A DNA stretch of 64,000 bases, taken from an uncultured Acidimicrobiia bacterium. Lineage in GTDB: Bacteria; Actinomycetota; Acidimicrobiia; IMCC26256; JAENVU01. The stretch spans positions 1,558,556 to 1,622,555 of the forward strand of contig CAWCMX010000001.1 of NCBI GenBank assembly GCA_963796755.1. Direction: 5' to 3'. Numbering within the stretch: position 1 is the stretch's first letter; the number at the start of each line of letters is the position of its first letter. Made by a program: the position numbers and the translations under genes. The notes under the pieces were generated by a model. The model saw only the letters and a program-made list of their open reading frames with translations. It had not been told where the DNA came from and made no database searches. This document shows, one piece after another, positions 42,880 through 53,429 of the stretch.

Positions 42880-43270
42880 GGGCCGGCGCCGGATCGGCGA
42901 AGAATCGGGCCCGAAATTGCCGGGGGCGCAGCCAGTGCCCACGACCGGGTGGCGTGCGGACCGGCCGCGCACTCCGCGGCGGTGAAGACGGGGCTCCGGC
43001 AGCAGACGCAGACGTGCTTGGGGCGGGCTGGGAGGCTGGTTCCATAAGCACCTCGGAGACGAGGGTCGCCTCGTCGGTGCTCACGCCGCCTGTGCCCACG
43101 TACCGGAACCCCGGACCTGTGAGATCGGTGGAGAAGAAGTCCCCCGTGCCTCCCTGTTTGTGCACCATTGCGTTACTTTGTGCATCGGCCGTACCGCCGA
43201 AATGCTTGAGCAGAAATCTCACTGAGGGTGAGATCTCCCGCTCGGCCCCGCAGGCTGCGAGAATCCCGCC

Positions 43271-44743
43271 GTGAATTTGGTGTCGTTGCTGCTCCGCCAG
43301 GCCGAGGAGAACCCCGAAGCGGTGGCGCTCATCGAGCGGGACCGGTACGTCTCGTTCGCCGAGCTCGAGGGCCTGGCCGCCCATGACCGCCGGCGGGCCT
43401 GGCCGCGGCTCGGCGTCGAGCCGGGCGACCGGGTGGCGATCGCGTGCCACAACGACGTGGCGTTCGTGTCGGCGTACCTCGGCGCGCTCTGGGCGGGTGC
43501 CGTCGCGGTCCCGCTGAACCCGCTGGCGCCCGCGTCGGTGCTCGCCGGCCAGGCGGAGCGGGTGCAGGCCCGGGTGCTCCTGTGCGGGCCCGGCACCGAG
43601 GACCTGCTCGAGCTGCCCGGCGCGGTCCGCGGCGAGCCAGATCCCGGCGAGGCCGAGCCGATGCGCCGCCGAGGTCGAGCGCGACGACGACGGAGCTCGC
43701 GGTGCTCCTCTTCACATCGGGCACCGCCGGCGCGCCACGGGCGGCGATGCTCAGCCACGGGAACCTCGCCGCGAACATCGGTCAGGTGCAGGGTCATCCG
43801 GGGCTCGCGGTCCGGTCCGACGACGTCGGGCTTGGCGGCCCTGCCGTTCTTCCACGTCTTCGGCTTGAACGTCGGGCTCGGCGTCGGGCTGCAGGCCGGG
43901 CTCGACGATCGGTGCTGCTCGACCACTTCGACGCCGGCGCGCGCCGCGGAGCTGATCCGCGTGCACAGCGTCACGATCGTCGCCGGGGTGCCGACCATGT
44001 TCGGCGCCTTCCTCGACCTCCCCGACGAGCTCGCGTCACCCGTGACCTTCGCGACGGTGCGGCTCGCGGTCTCGGGCGCGGCCGAGCTCTCGGTCGAGCG
44101 CGCCGAGGCGTTCCGGACCCGGTTCGGGATCACGATCTACGAGGGGTACGGGCTCACCGAGGCCGCGCCGATCGTGAGCACCACGGCCGTCAAGGAGTCG
44201 CCGCACTGGGGGTCGATCGGCCCGCCGCTGCCGGGCATCGACGTGCGACTCGTCGGCGACGACGGCGAAGACGTGCTCGCCGGCGACCCGGGCGAGATCT
44301 GGGTGAAGGGCCCGAACGTCTTCTCCGGCTACTGGAGCGACCCCGACGCGACCGAACGCGTCCTGGTGGACGGCTGGCTCCACACCGGCGACGTCGCGAT
44401 CGCCGATGACGACGGCTACCTCAGCCTCGTCGACCGCAAGAAGGATCTCGTCATCGTCTCGGGCTTCAACGTCTTCCCCGCGGAGGTGGAAGAGGTGCTG
44501 CTCGCCCACCCGGACATCGCCGACGCGGCGGTGATCGGCATCCCCAACCCGCGCACCGGCGAAGCGGTTGCCGCGTGGGTGGTCCTCGAACCCGGCGCGA
44601 ACCTGACGATCGAGCAGGTGCGGGAGCACACCGCGCGCCACCTCGCGCGCTACAAGGTGCCCGCGGTGGTCGAGATCGTCGACGCGCTCCCGCGCAACGA
44701 GGCGGGCAAGCTCCTGCGCCGCGAGCTGCGGGTCGCCGGCTAA
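43271..44743 (+). CDS. Long-chain acyl-CoA synthetase (AMP-binding; internal compensating slips)
   Basis: LFTSGTAG (off-frame), YEGYGLTE, WLHTGD, DRKKD, PRNEAGK. Confidence 0.9.
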   Translation: MNLVSLLLRQAEENPEAVALIERDRYVSFAELEGLAAHDRRRAWPRLGVEPGDRVAIACHNDVAFVSAYLGALWAGAVAVPLNPLAPASVLAGQAERVQARVLLCGPGTEDLLELPGAVRGEPDPGEAEPMRRRGRARRRRSSRCSSSHRAPPARHGRRCSATGTSPRTSVRCRVIRGSRSGPTTSGLAALPFFHVFGLNVGLGVGLQAGLDDRCCSTTSTPARAAELIRVHSVTIVAGVPTMFGAFLDLPDELASPVTFATVRLAVSGAAELSVERAEAFRTRFGITIYEGYGLTEAAPIVSTTAVKESPHWGSIGPPLPGIDVRLVGDDGEDVLAGDPGEIWVKGPNVFSGYWSDPDATERVLVDGWLHTGDVAIADDDGYLSLVDRKKDLVIVSGFNVFPAEVEEVLLAHPDIADAAVIGIPNPRTGEAVAAWVVLEPGANLTIEQVREHTARHLARYKVPAVVEIVDALPRNEAGKLLRRELRVAG

Positions 44744-45466
44744 GAGCGCGCGGGCGCGGGGGTACCGACGCTCGCGGGCCGTTCGCGCCGCGCGCCGGCC
44801 CCCGACGCGACGAGGAAGCCGATGTAGATCACGACGATGCCGGACGCGAGCGTGATGACGAACGCTTCGTCCTTGCCCGCGAAGCCCTGGATCAAGCCGC
44901 CGCTCGAGAGCACCAGGGTGCCCAGCGCGATCAGGACGTTCGCGGCGGCGCGGCGCCCGTTGCCGGCCTGCGACCGGTTGCGGGCGAAGCGCCACGCGGA
45001 CCACGAGCGCGCCGCCGATGATCACGACCGCGCCCACCCCGCTGCCGACCGCGGCGAGCACTCGGGGGAACGCCCCGAACACCTCGCTGCCGACGGGGAT
45101 CGCGGTGCCGTGGATGGGACCGTCGAGCGGTGCGCTGAGCGCGACGCCGGCGGCGAGCCCCGAGAAGAGCACGAGGCCCCACTGCACCCGCCGGCCGCGC
45201 TCCTTGCCCCAGAGCAGGTAGACGGTGCCGAGCGCGAGCCAGGGGACGGTGAGGATCGCGCCGAAGAGGAAGAAGAGCCGGAACAGGCCGTTGTCCCAGC
45301 CGGTCGAGACCCCCGTCGCCAGGAACGCCGAGGCGAGGGCGAACATCGCGAGCGAGAGGGTCCAGGCCAGGTCCTGGGGCCGGTGGTCCTTGGTGAAGCG
45401 CACCAACGTCGCCTGCGCGAACAGGGTCGCCACCGCCGTCGCGAGGAACGCCAGCCCGATCACCAT
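44740..45466 (-). CDS. Hypothetical multi-TM membrane protein (frame slip)
   Basis: About seven hydrophobic helices, GWDNGLFRLFFLFGA, VPWLALGTVYL. Confidence 0.72.
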
Positions 45467-45599
45467 ATGGGTAGGAGCGTAGGCAGGAGCGGGCACGAAG
45501 TGCGCATGCTGGAGCGACCCGAAGAGGAGTGCGTGCCGCGAGGTCGCGACCGGGCGGGATCGGGGAGACGGCGACGAGCGGGTGTCGAACGGATCCCCG

Positions 45600-46475
45600 T
45601 CAGCGGGACGCGCGGGCGATGGTGATGAAGGCCTGGGCGGCAGGCGAGACGGGCCCGCGGCGCCAGATGAGGCCGACCCCCCGGCGCAACGGGGGCGAGA
45701 GCGCGACCGTGACCGCGCCCGAGGCCCGGGCGCCGTCGGCGAGCGGTGCGGGCAGGATGCTGGCGCCCGCGCCGGCGAGCACGAGGGCCACGATCGCCTC
45801 GCGGTGCTCGGTCTCGACCGCGAGCGACGCGGTCGCGCCCGCGTCGTCGAAGGCCCCGTCGATGAGCCGGCGCATCGGCGTCCCCGGTGGCGTCATCACG
45901 AGCGGGACCGCGGAGAGGTCCGTCATCGTGAGCCGGCGGCGCCGGACGAGCGGGGACGACGGGGGCAGCACGACCATCAGCTCCTGGACGAGGAGCTGCT
46001 CGCTCACCAAGCCGGGCTCGTCGATCGGCAGCTCGGCCAGGCCGATCTCCGAGCGGCCGCTGCGCACCCGGGTGGTGACCGCAGCCGCCTCCTCGGGCTG
46101 CTCGATGTGCACGACGACCCCCGGGTGGGCCCGGCGGAACGCGCCGACCAGCGGTGAGAGCGGCACGACGGCCAGGGTCGGGAGCGCGACCAGGTCGAGC
46201 CGCCCGGCCTGCAGACCCACGACGGCGGCGACGGAGGTGGTGAGCACGGCCCGGTCGCGCAGGAGCTGGCGGGCCGGCTCGAGGAACGCCTCTCCCGCCG
46301 CGGAGATCACGGCGCGGCGGCCGACCCGGTGGAACAGCTCGACGCCCAGCTCCGCCTCGAGCCGGCCGATGCCCTCGGACAGGGCGGGCTGGGTCACGTG
46401 CAGCGCCACCGCGGCCCGGGTGAACCCGCCGTGCTCGACCACTCCGACGACGTACTCGACCTGACGTAGCTCCAT
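45600..46475 (-). CDS. LysR family transcriptional regulator
   Basis: MELRQ..GGFTRAA..TQPALS..LEAELGVELFHR. Confidence 0.95.
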   Translation of the reverse strand: MELRQVEYVVGVVEHGGFTRAAVALHVTQPALSEGIGRLEAELGVELFHRVGRRAVISAAGEAFLEPARQLLRDRAVLTTSVAAVVGLQAGRLDLVALPTLAVVPLSPLVGAFRRAHPGVVVHIEQPEEAAAVTTRVRSGRSEIGLAELPIDEPGLVSEQLLVQELMVVLPPSSPLVRRRRLTMTDLSAVPLVMTPPGTPMRRLIDGAFDDAGATASLAVETEHREAIVALVLAGAGASILPAPLADGARASGAVTVALSPPLRRGVGLIWRRGPVSPAAQAFITIARASR

Positions 46476-46488
46476 AGGGCAAGCCTAT
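46474..46488. promoter_or_regulatory. LysR recognition box
   Basis: ATAGG-GCAAG-CCTAT (T-N11-A palindrome) overlapping the LysR start. Confidence 0.65.
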
Positions 46489-46577
46489 GGTTTTCATCAG
46501 AACAATCTCTTGGACCTTGCGAAGTTTCCGGGTTGCAATGGCGAAGTGCGATCCCCCCGTGAGCTGCGCAACATCCG

Positions 46578-47333
46578 ATGAGCACCGAGACGATGCTCGC
46601 CGTGGCGCTGATCGGGGCGTTCGTCGGCTTTCTGGGCGGACTGTTCGGCAAGGGCGGCTCCGCGATCGCCACCCCGCTGCTCGCGCTGATCGGCATCCCG
46701 CCGATCATCGCGGTGGCCTCGCCGCTCCCCGCCACCGTCCCGTCGACGCTCGCGGCGTCGTACGCGTACTGGCAGGAGCGCATGATCGACTGGACGGTGT
46801 TCCGCTGGTGCCTCCTGGTGGGGGTGCCGGCGACGGTCCTGGGCGCCTACTCCACCCGGTGGATCGGCGGCGATCTGCTCGTCGTCGCGACCGAGGTCGT
46901 GCTCACGGGGCTCGGGGTCCGGTTCCTCGTTCGACCCGGAGATCCCCATGAGGTCGCCGAGGAGCCTCGGGGCTACCGGACCCGCGTGGTCCTGGTCGCC
47001 GCGGCCGTGGGCGTGATCTCGGGCCTGCTCGCGAACGGCGGGGGCTTCCTGCTCGCGCCGCTCTTCGTCGTGGTGCTGCGACTCTCGCTCAAGCAGTCCT
47101 TCGCCACGTCGCTGGCCGTCGCGGCCGTGCTGGCCGTCCCGGGCACGATCGTCCATGCAGTGCTGGGCCACATCGACTGGGAGCTCGTCGCGATCTTCGG
47201 GGCCACGTCCATCCCCCTCTCGTACGTCGGCGCTCGCACGGCCCTGCGCACGAATCCCGTGCACCTCGAGCGGGTCTACGGGGCGGGCCTGGCCCTGCTC
47301 GGGGCGAGCCTGTTGGTGGCCGGCCGCTTGTGA
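46578..47333 (+). CDS. TauE/SafE sulfite exporter family protein
   Basis: GLFGKGGSAIATP and GLLANGGGFLLAP repeats. Confidence 0.88.
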   Translation: MSTETMLAVALIGAFVGFLGGLFGKGGSAIATPLLALIGIPPIIAVASPLPATVPSTLAASYAYWQERMIDWTVFRWCLLVGVPATVLGAYSTRWIGGDLLVVATEVVLTGLGVRFLVRPGDPHEVAEEPRGYRTRVVLVAAAVGVISGLLANGGGFLLAPLFVVVLRLSLKQSFATSLAVAAVLAVPGTIVHAVLGHIDWELVAIFGATSIPLSYVGARTALRTNPVHLERVYGAGLALLGASLLVAGRL

Positions 47334-47345
47334 AGAGTTGCACGA
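47328..47345. promoter_or_regulatory. Rex operator (ROP)
   Basis: TTGTGAA-GAGT-TGCACGA versus consensus TTGTGAA-N4-TTCACAA, upstream of rex. Confidence 0.75.
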
Positions 47346-47413
47346 GGGCGGGTGTAGGGTGTTCCTCCCGGCCCGCCCCATACGCGGGCCCCGTCGAGAG
47401 GACCTCGCGGACC

Positions 47414-48100
47414 GTGCCCGACCGCCCTGCTGGCAGCGCAGACGGGAGCCCGAGGCGGATCCCGGAAGCCACCGTGGCGCGGCTTCCGCTCTACTACCGG
47501 GCCCTCCTCGAAGCGGCGGACCAGGACGTCGGCACGGTGTCCTCCGAGCGCCTGGCCGAGCTCGCCGGCGTCAACGCGGCGAAGGTCCGCAAGGACCTCT
47601 CCTACCTCGGCTCCTACGGCACCCGGGGGGTCGGCTACGAGGTCGAGTTCCTCGTGGACCGGATCACCGCCGAGCTCGGGTTGACCGCAGACTGGCCGGT
47701 GGCCATCGTCGGGCTCGGGAACCTGGGCCAGGCGCTGGCCAACTACCGGGGCTTCGGTGCCCGCGGGTTCCGCGTGCTCGCGCTGGTGGACGCCGACGCG
47801 GCGAAGGTCGGGGAGAAGATCGGCGACCTGGCCATCGAGTCGATGGACGACCTCTCGACCGTCGTCCGCGACCGCGGCATCAAGATCGGCATCATCGCCA
47901 CCCCGGCCGCGGCCGCGCAGGAGGTGGCCGACCAGCTCGTCGCGGCCGGGGTCTGCTCGATCCTCAACTTCGCGCCCGCGGTCGTCGCGGTCCCGGACAC
48001 CGTGTCGCTGCGCAAGGTGGATCTGGCGATCGAGCTCCAGATCCTCTCCTTCTACCAGTCGCACCCCCAGCGCTCCCGCGCCAAGCAGAAGATCTCGTGA
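47414..48100 (+). CDS. rex: Redox-sensing repressor Rex
   Basis: IPEATVARLPLY, KVRKDLSYLGSYGTRGVGY, GLGNLG, ILNFAP. Confidence 0.96.
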   Translation: MPDRPAGSADGSPRRIPEATVARLPLYYRALLEAADQDVGTVSSERLAELAGVNAAKVRKDLSYLGSYGTRGVGYEVEFLVDRITAELGLTADWPVAIVGLGNLGQALANYRGFGARGFRVLALVDADAAKVGEKIGDLAIESMDDLSTVVRDRGIKIGIIATPAAAAQEVADQLVAAGVCSILNFAPAVVAVPDTVSLRKVDLAIELQILSFYQSHPQRSRAKQKIS

Positions 48101-48747
48101 GCACCGGGAGCGCCGAGCCGCGACCCTCGTTGGTGGGGTACCCGGTGAACCTGCTCGTCGCCGGTCGCCGCTGCATCGTGGTGGGCGCCGGGCGGATCGC
48201 CGCCCGCAAGATCGAGTCCTTGCTGGCCGCCGGCGCGGACGTCGTCGTGGTCGCTCGCGAAGCCGGGGCCGAGGTGCGGGCCTGGGCCGACGCGGGCCGG
48301 CTCACGCTGGTGGAGCGGGCCTTCGAGCCCCCGGACGTGGAGGGTGCCTGGCTCGTCGTGACCGCGACCGACGTGCCCGAGGTGAACCGGGCCGCGTTCG
48401 AAGCCGGCGAGGCCCGGCGCATCTTCGTGAACTCGGCCGACGACCCCGCGAACTGCTCGTTCACGCTCATGTCGGTCGTCCGACGTGGGGATATCGTGGT
48501 TTCCATCGGCACCAACGGTCGAAGTCCTGCGCTCGCGACCTACCTGAAGGAGCACGTGCGCGACGAGATGGGACCGGAGTACGAGACGCTGCTGGAGCTC
48601 CTCAGCGAGGCCCGCGAGGAGATCCGCGCCACCGGGAGCTCGAGTGAGGACTCCGATTGGCGAGCGGCGATTGATTCCGGCATCCTCGAGCTGATCCGCG
48701 AGGGTCGGGAGTCCGAGGCGAGGGAGCTGCTGCGCTCGTGTCTGTGA
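48097..48747 (+). CDS. Precorrin-2 dehydrogenase/sirohydrochlorin ferrochelatase (CysG-N/SirC/Met8)
   Basis: YPVNL, VVGAGRIAARK, VNSADDP, GTNGRSPAL. Confidence 0.9.
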   Translation: MSTGSAEPRPSLVGYPVNLLVAGRRCIVVGAGRIAARKIESLLAAGADVVVVAREAGAEVRAWADAGRLTLVERAFEPPDVEGAWLVVTATDVPEVNRAAFEAGEARRIFVNSADDPANCSFTLMSVVRRGDIVVSIGTNGRSPALATYLKEHVRDEMGPEYETLLELLSEAREEIRATGSSSEDSDWRAAIDSGILELIREGRESEARELLRSCL

Positions 48748-50029
48748 TTGTGGTCGGGCTCAACCACCGCACTGCGCCGGTCGAGATGCGCGAGCGCGTC
48801 GCGGTTCCGGCCTCGCGCCAGATCAAAGCGGTGCACGACCTCGCGATGCGCGAGCACCTCGCGGAAGTGGTGTTGCTCTCCACCTGCAACCGCATCGAGA
48901 TCTACCGCGCTGCACCAAGTTCCACGCCGCGGTGTCGGACATCCTCGAGTTCCTCGCCGAGCAGGCGTCGGCCGAGCCGGAAGACTTCTCCGAGCACCTG
49001 TACACGTACTACGACGACGGTGCGGTGGCGCACCTCTTCGGTGTGACCGCGGGTCTCGACTCGATGATCATCGGTGAGGGCGAGATCCTCGGCCAGGTGC
49101 GCGACGCCTGGCAGCTCGCCGAGCACGAGGGTGCGTCCGGTCAGCTGCTCGACCGCGTGTTCCGCCAGGCGCTCGTCGTCGGCAAGCGGGCTCGGACCGA
49201 GACCGCGATCGGTCGCCAGGCGCTGTCGATCGCGTCGGCCGCGGTCGCGCTCGCCGAGCAGACGATGTTCTCGTTGCGGGGCCGGTCGGTGCTCGTGCTC
49301 GGCGCCGGCGAGGTCGCGCAGGGGATCGGGCGTTCGCTGCTCGGCGCCGGCGTCGGCGAGGTCGTCGTCGCCAACCGCACCCACGCGCGCGCGGTCGACC
49401 TCGCGGCGAAGCTCGGCGGCCGGCCCGTGTCCCTCGGTGAGCTGCCCGACGTGCTCGCGTCGGTCGACGTGCTGCTCACCGCGACGGACTCGACCGAGGT
49501 GCACGTCGAGCGGGAGGACATCGAGGCGGTCATGGAACGGCGGGACGGCGCGGCCCTGCTCGTCGTGGACGTCGCCGTGCCCCGCGACGTCGACCCGGGC
49601 GCGCGCCAGGTGCCGGGCGTCACGCTGCTCGACATGGACGACCTCAAGCGCTTCACCGAGAGCTCGCTGCAAGGTCGCCGCCGTGAGGTCAGCCGGGTCC
49701 AGTCGATCATCATGGACGAGCTCGAGCGGTTCCAGACCGACCGCACCGCACGCGAGATGGCACCGATCGTGACGTCGTTGCGCCAACGCGCCGATGCGAT
49801 CCGCGTGGCCGAGCTCGAGCGGTTCCGGGCCAAGCTCGACGTTCTCGATCCCGACGCGCGCAACGCGGTCGAAGCTCTCACCCAGGGCATGATGAACAAG
49901 CTGCTCCACGAGCCGACCGTCCGCCTCAAGGACGCGGCCGGCACCGCGCGCGGCGAGCTCTACGCCGACGCGCTCGCGGCGCTCTTCGACCTGCCGGACG
50001 GCATCCCGGACGACCCTGCCCCGGAATGA
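48738..50029 (+). CDS. hemA: Glutamyl-tRNA reductase (frame slip near 48905)
   Basis: GLNHRTAP, STCNRIE, GLDSMIIGEGEILGQ, LGAGE, DVAVPRD. Confidence 0.95.
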
Positions 50030-50922
50030 CCCGGGCGTTGCGAATCGCCACCCGGGGCAGTGCACTCGCCCGGTGGCAGGCGGAACGGATCGTCGCCCTC
50101 CTCGCGCGACCGGCCGAGCTCGTCGTGGTCTCGACCCTCGGGGATCGTGACAAGGCCTCGACGATCCACGCCCTCGGTGGGACGGGCGTGTTCGTGAAGG
50201 AGGTGCAGGACGCAGTGCTGCGCGGCGACGCGGACGTCGCGGTGCACTCCGCGAAGGACCTCCCGCCGATCGGGCCGGCGGGGCTGAGCTTCGCCGCGGT
50301 GCCGGAGCGGGCCGACCCGCGCGACGCGCTCGTCGGGTCGCGCCTGGACGACCTGCCCACCGGCGCGCGGATCGGGACCGGCAGCGTCCGTCGCCGCGCG
50401 CAGCTCGCGGCGCTGCGACCGGATCTCACGTTCGACGAGCTGCGGGGCAACATCCCGACCCGGTTGGAGCGCGCCGCGAGCTTCGACGCGATCGTCGTCG
50501 CCGCCGCCGCACTCGACCGGCTCGGGATGTCCGAGCGGGTGACCGAACGGCTCGCCCCGTCCACGCTCCTGCCGCAGGTGGGACAGGGCGCGCTCGCGGT
50601 CGAGTGCCGCGAAGACGACGCCGAGGCGCAGCGCGCGCTGGCCGAGATCGACGACGCTGACGCACACGGGGAGATCCGGGCCGAGCGCGCCTTTCTCGCG
50701 CAGCTCGGGGGCGGGTGCAGCCTGCCGTGCGGCGCACTCGCGCGGCGCCAGGCGGACGGGTCGCTCACGCTCGAAGCGCTGTTGGCGTCGCTCGACGGCC
50801 GCATCGTCCTGCGGATCGCGGGCCGAGGGTCCGACCCGGAGGCACTCGGCTTGGAGATCGCCCGCCGGCTGCTCGACGAGCAGGGCGGCCGCAGCATGCT
50901 GGACATGGAGCAGATCGGATGA
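50026..50922 (+). CDS. hemC: Hydroxymethylbilane synthase
   Basis: IATRGSALA, AVHSAKD, RGNIPTRL, GGGCSLP. Confidence 0.95.
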   Translation: MTRALRIATRGSALARWQAERIVALLARPAELVVVSTLGDRDKASTIHALGGTGVFVKEVQDAVLRGDADVAVHSAKDLPPIGPAGLSFAAVPERADPRDALVGSRLDDLPTGARIGTGSVRRRAQLAALRPDLTFDELRGNIPTRLERAASFDAIVVAAAALDRLGMSERVTERLAPSTLLPQVGQGALAVECREDDAEAQRALAEIDDADAHGEIRAERAFLAQLGGGCSLPCGALARRQADGSLTLEALLASLDGRIVLRIAGRGSDPEALGLEIARRLLDEQGGRSMLDMEQIG

Positions 50923-52403
50923 CCGTCTACCTCGTGGGCGCAGGTCCCGGTGATCCGGGGCTGCTGACCCGGCGCGGCGCGGCACTGCTCGAGCAGGCGG
51001 ACGTCGTCGTCTACGACCGGCTCGCTCACCCGTCGCTCGTGGACCTCGCGCCGCGCGCCGCGGAGCGGATCAACGTGGGCAAGGCACCGGGCGCGGTCGA
51101 GATGGACCAGGACGGGATCAACGCGGTGCTCGTCGACCGGGGTGCCGCGGGCAAGACGGTCGTGCGCTTGAAGGGCGGCGATCCGTTCGTCTTCGGCCGC
51201 GGGGGTGAGGAGGCCGAGGCGCTGGCCGCCGCCGGGGTCGCCTTCGAGGTCGTCCCCGGGATCACGAGCGCGATCGCCGCACCGGCGTACGCCGGCATCC
51301 CGGTGACGCACCGCGGGCTCTCGACCCACGTCACGGTGGTGACCGGGCACGAAGACCCCGCGAAGGGCACGACCGACACCGACTGGGCGGCGCTTGCGCG
51401 CGCCGGTGGCACGCTCGTGATCCTGATGGGCGCGGGGCACCTGGCCGACATCGCGGCGCGACTGATCGACGGCGGTCGCCCGCCGGACACGCCGGTGGCC
51501 GCGGTGCGCTGGGGCACCCTGCCGGCGCAACGGACGATCCGCGCGACTCTCGCTACGGTTGCCGACGCGGGCGTGCGGGCGCCGAGCGCGATCGTCGTCG
51601 GCAAGGTGGCGGCGCTCGACCTCGCGTGGTTCGAGTCGCGGCCGCTGTTCGGTCGCACCATCGTGATCACACGGGCGCGAGAGCAGGCCAGCGTGCTGCG
51701 GACGCGACTCGAGCTCCTCGGCGCGGAGGTGGTGGAGCTCCCGACGATCGGCCTCGAGCCGATGGAGTTCGTCCTGCCCGAGCTCGGGAGCTACGCGTGG
51801 TTGGTCCTCACCTCGGCCAACGGGGTCGACGCGTTCTTCGATCGCGGGCTCGCGCCCGCGGGGCTCGACGCCCGGGCGCTCGCGCACCTCGAGGTCGCGG
51901 CGATCGGGCCGGGCACCGCCGGCGCCCTCGCGCGGCGCGGGATCCGCGCCGACCTCGTCCCCGAGCGCTTCGTCGCGGAGTCCCTGCTCGAGGCCTTCCC
52001 CGACCCGGACGTGGCGGGGTCCGAGCCCGCGCGGGTGCTGCTGGCCCGGGCCGAGCAGGCCCGCGACGTGCTCCCCGAAGGACTCGGGGCGAAGGGCTTC
52101 GCGGTGGACGTCCTCGCCGTCTACCGGACCGTGCGCGCGGTGCCCGCGCCCGACGAGCTCGAACGGGTGCAGGCGGGCCGGGTCGACGCGATCACGTTCA
52201 CGTCGTCGTCGACGGTGAGCGGGTTCTGCGATCTCGTGGGCCCGCTGGCGGACCCGCAACCCCGCGTCGTCTCGATCGGTCCGGTGACGTCGCGGAGCGC
52301 GGTCGAGCGTGGGCTGCGCGTGGACTTCGAGGCCGATCCGCACTCGATCGACGGGCTCGTCGAGGCCCTGCTCGGCGCGCTCCGAGCCGATGCCCCGAAC
52401 TAG
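50919..52403 (+). CDS. cobA: Uroporphyrinogen-III methyltransferase/synthase fusion (CobA-HemD)
   Basis: VGAGPGDPGLLT, RLKGGDPFVFGRGGEE; HemD half TSANGV, FTSSSTV, SIGPVT. Confidence 0.93.
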   Translation: MTVYLVGAGPGDPGLLTRRGAALLEQADVVVYDRLAHPSLVDLAPRAAERINVGKAPGAVEMDQDGINAVLVDRGAAGKTVVRLKGGDPFVFGRGGEEAEALAAAGVAFEVVPGITSAIAAPAYAGIPVTHRGLSTHVTVVTGHEDPAKGTTDTDWAALARAGGTLVILMGAGHLADIAARLIDGGRPPDTPVAAVRWGTLPAQRTIRATLATVADAGVRAPSAIVVGKVAALDLAWFESRPLFGRTIVITRAREQASVLRTRLELLGAEVVELPTIGLEPMEFVLPELGSYAWLVLTSANGVDAFFDRGLAPAGLDARALAHLEVAAIGPGTAGALARRGIRADLVPERFVAESLLEAFPDPDVAGSEPARVLLARAEQARDVLPEGLGAKGFAVDVLAVYRTVRAVPAPDELERVQAGRVDAITFTSSSTVSGFCDLVGPLADPQPRVVSIGPVTSRSAVERGLRVDFEADPHSIDGLVEALLGALRADAPN

Positions 52404-52436
52404 GACAAAGCGCAGACCGCAGGTAGCCTTGCGGGC

Positions 52437-53417
52437 ATGGGATTTCCGGAGCACCGGTCGCGGCGCCTGCGTCGAAGCGATCCGCTGCGCCGCCTGACCG
52501 CGGAGACCCGGCTCTCGGTCGACGATCTCGTCGCCCCGCTCTTCGTGAAGGAGGGCATCGACCATCCCGAACCGGTCGCGTCGATGCCGGGCGTCGTGCA
52601 GCACACGCAGGAGAGCCTGCGCAAGGAAGTCCGCGCGCTCGCCGAGCTCGGAGTCCCCGGGGTCATGTTGTTCGGCGTCCCGTTCCGGAAGGACTCGCGC
52701 GGGTCGGGTGCGGATGACCCCAACGGCGTGGTCCAGGTTGCGTTGCGCCACCTCCGTGACGAGGTCGGTGACTCGCTCGTGCTCATGGCGGACACCTGCC
52801 TCGACGAGTACACCGACCACGGGCACTGCGGCCTCCTCGACCGCAATGGCGAGGTCGACAACGACGCGACGCTCGAGCGCTACGCGAGCATCGCGATCGC
52901 GCAGGCCGATGCCGGCGCCGACGTCATCTCGCCGAGCGGGATGATGGACGGGCAGGTCGGCGCGATCCGTGCCGCGCTCGACGGTGCGGGCTACTCGGCC
53001 GCGGCGATCCTCGCGTACTCGGCGAAGTACGCGTCCGCGCTGTACGGACCGTTCCGCGATGCGGCGGAGTGCGCGCCCGCGTTCGGTGACCGTCGCGGCT
53101 ACCAGATGCAGGCGGCCAACGCGCGCGAAGCGATCACCGAGACCGCGTTGGACATCGAGCAGGGCGCGGACATGGTGATGGTGAAGCCCGCGCTGGCATA
53201 CCTCGACGTCATCTCGGCCGTGCGCAACGAGTTCGACGTGCCGGTCGCGGCATACCACGTGAGTGGCGAGTACGCGATGGTGATGGCGGCCGCGGCGAAC
53301 GGCTGGATCGACGGACGGGCGGTGGCGATCGAGCATCTCCTCTCGATCCGCCGGGCCGGCGCCGACTTCGTGCTCACGTACTTCGCCCGGGATGTCGCCG
53401 AGCTGCTCCACGCGTGA
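52437..53417 (+). CDS. hemB: Porphobilinogen synthase
   Basis: CLDEYTDHGHCG, PSGMMDG, YGPFRDA, MVKPA, AYHVSGEY. Confidence 0.96.
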   Translation: MGFPEHRSRRLRRSDPLRRLTAETRLSVDDLVAPLFVKEGIDHPEPVASMPGVVQHTQESLRKEVRALAELGVPGVMLFGVPFRKDSRGSGADDPNGVVQVALRHLRDEVGDSLVLMADTCLDEYTDHGHCGLLDRNGEVDNDATLERYASIAIAQADAGADVISPSGMMDGQVGAIRAALDGAGYSAAAILAYSAKYASALYGPFRDAAECAPAFGDRRGYQMQAANAREAITETALDIEQGADMVMVKPALAYLDVISAVRNEFDVPVAAYHVSGEYAMVMAAAANGWIDGRAVAIEHLLSIRRAGADFVLTYFARDVAELLHA

Positions 53418-53429
53418 CGAGGCGCACAG

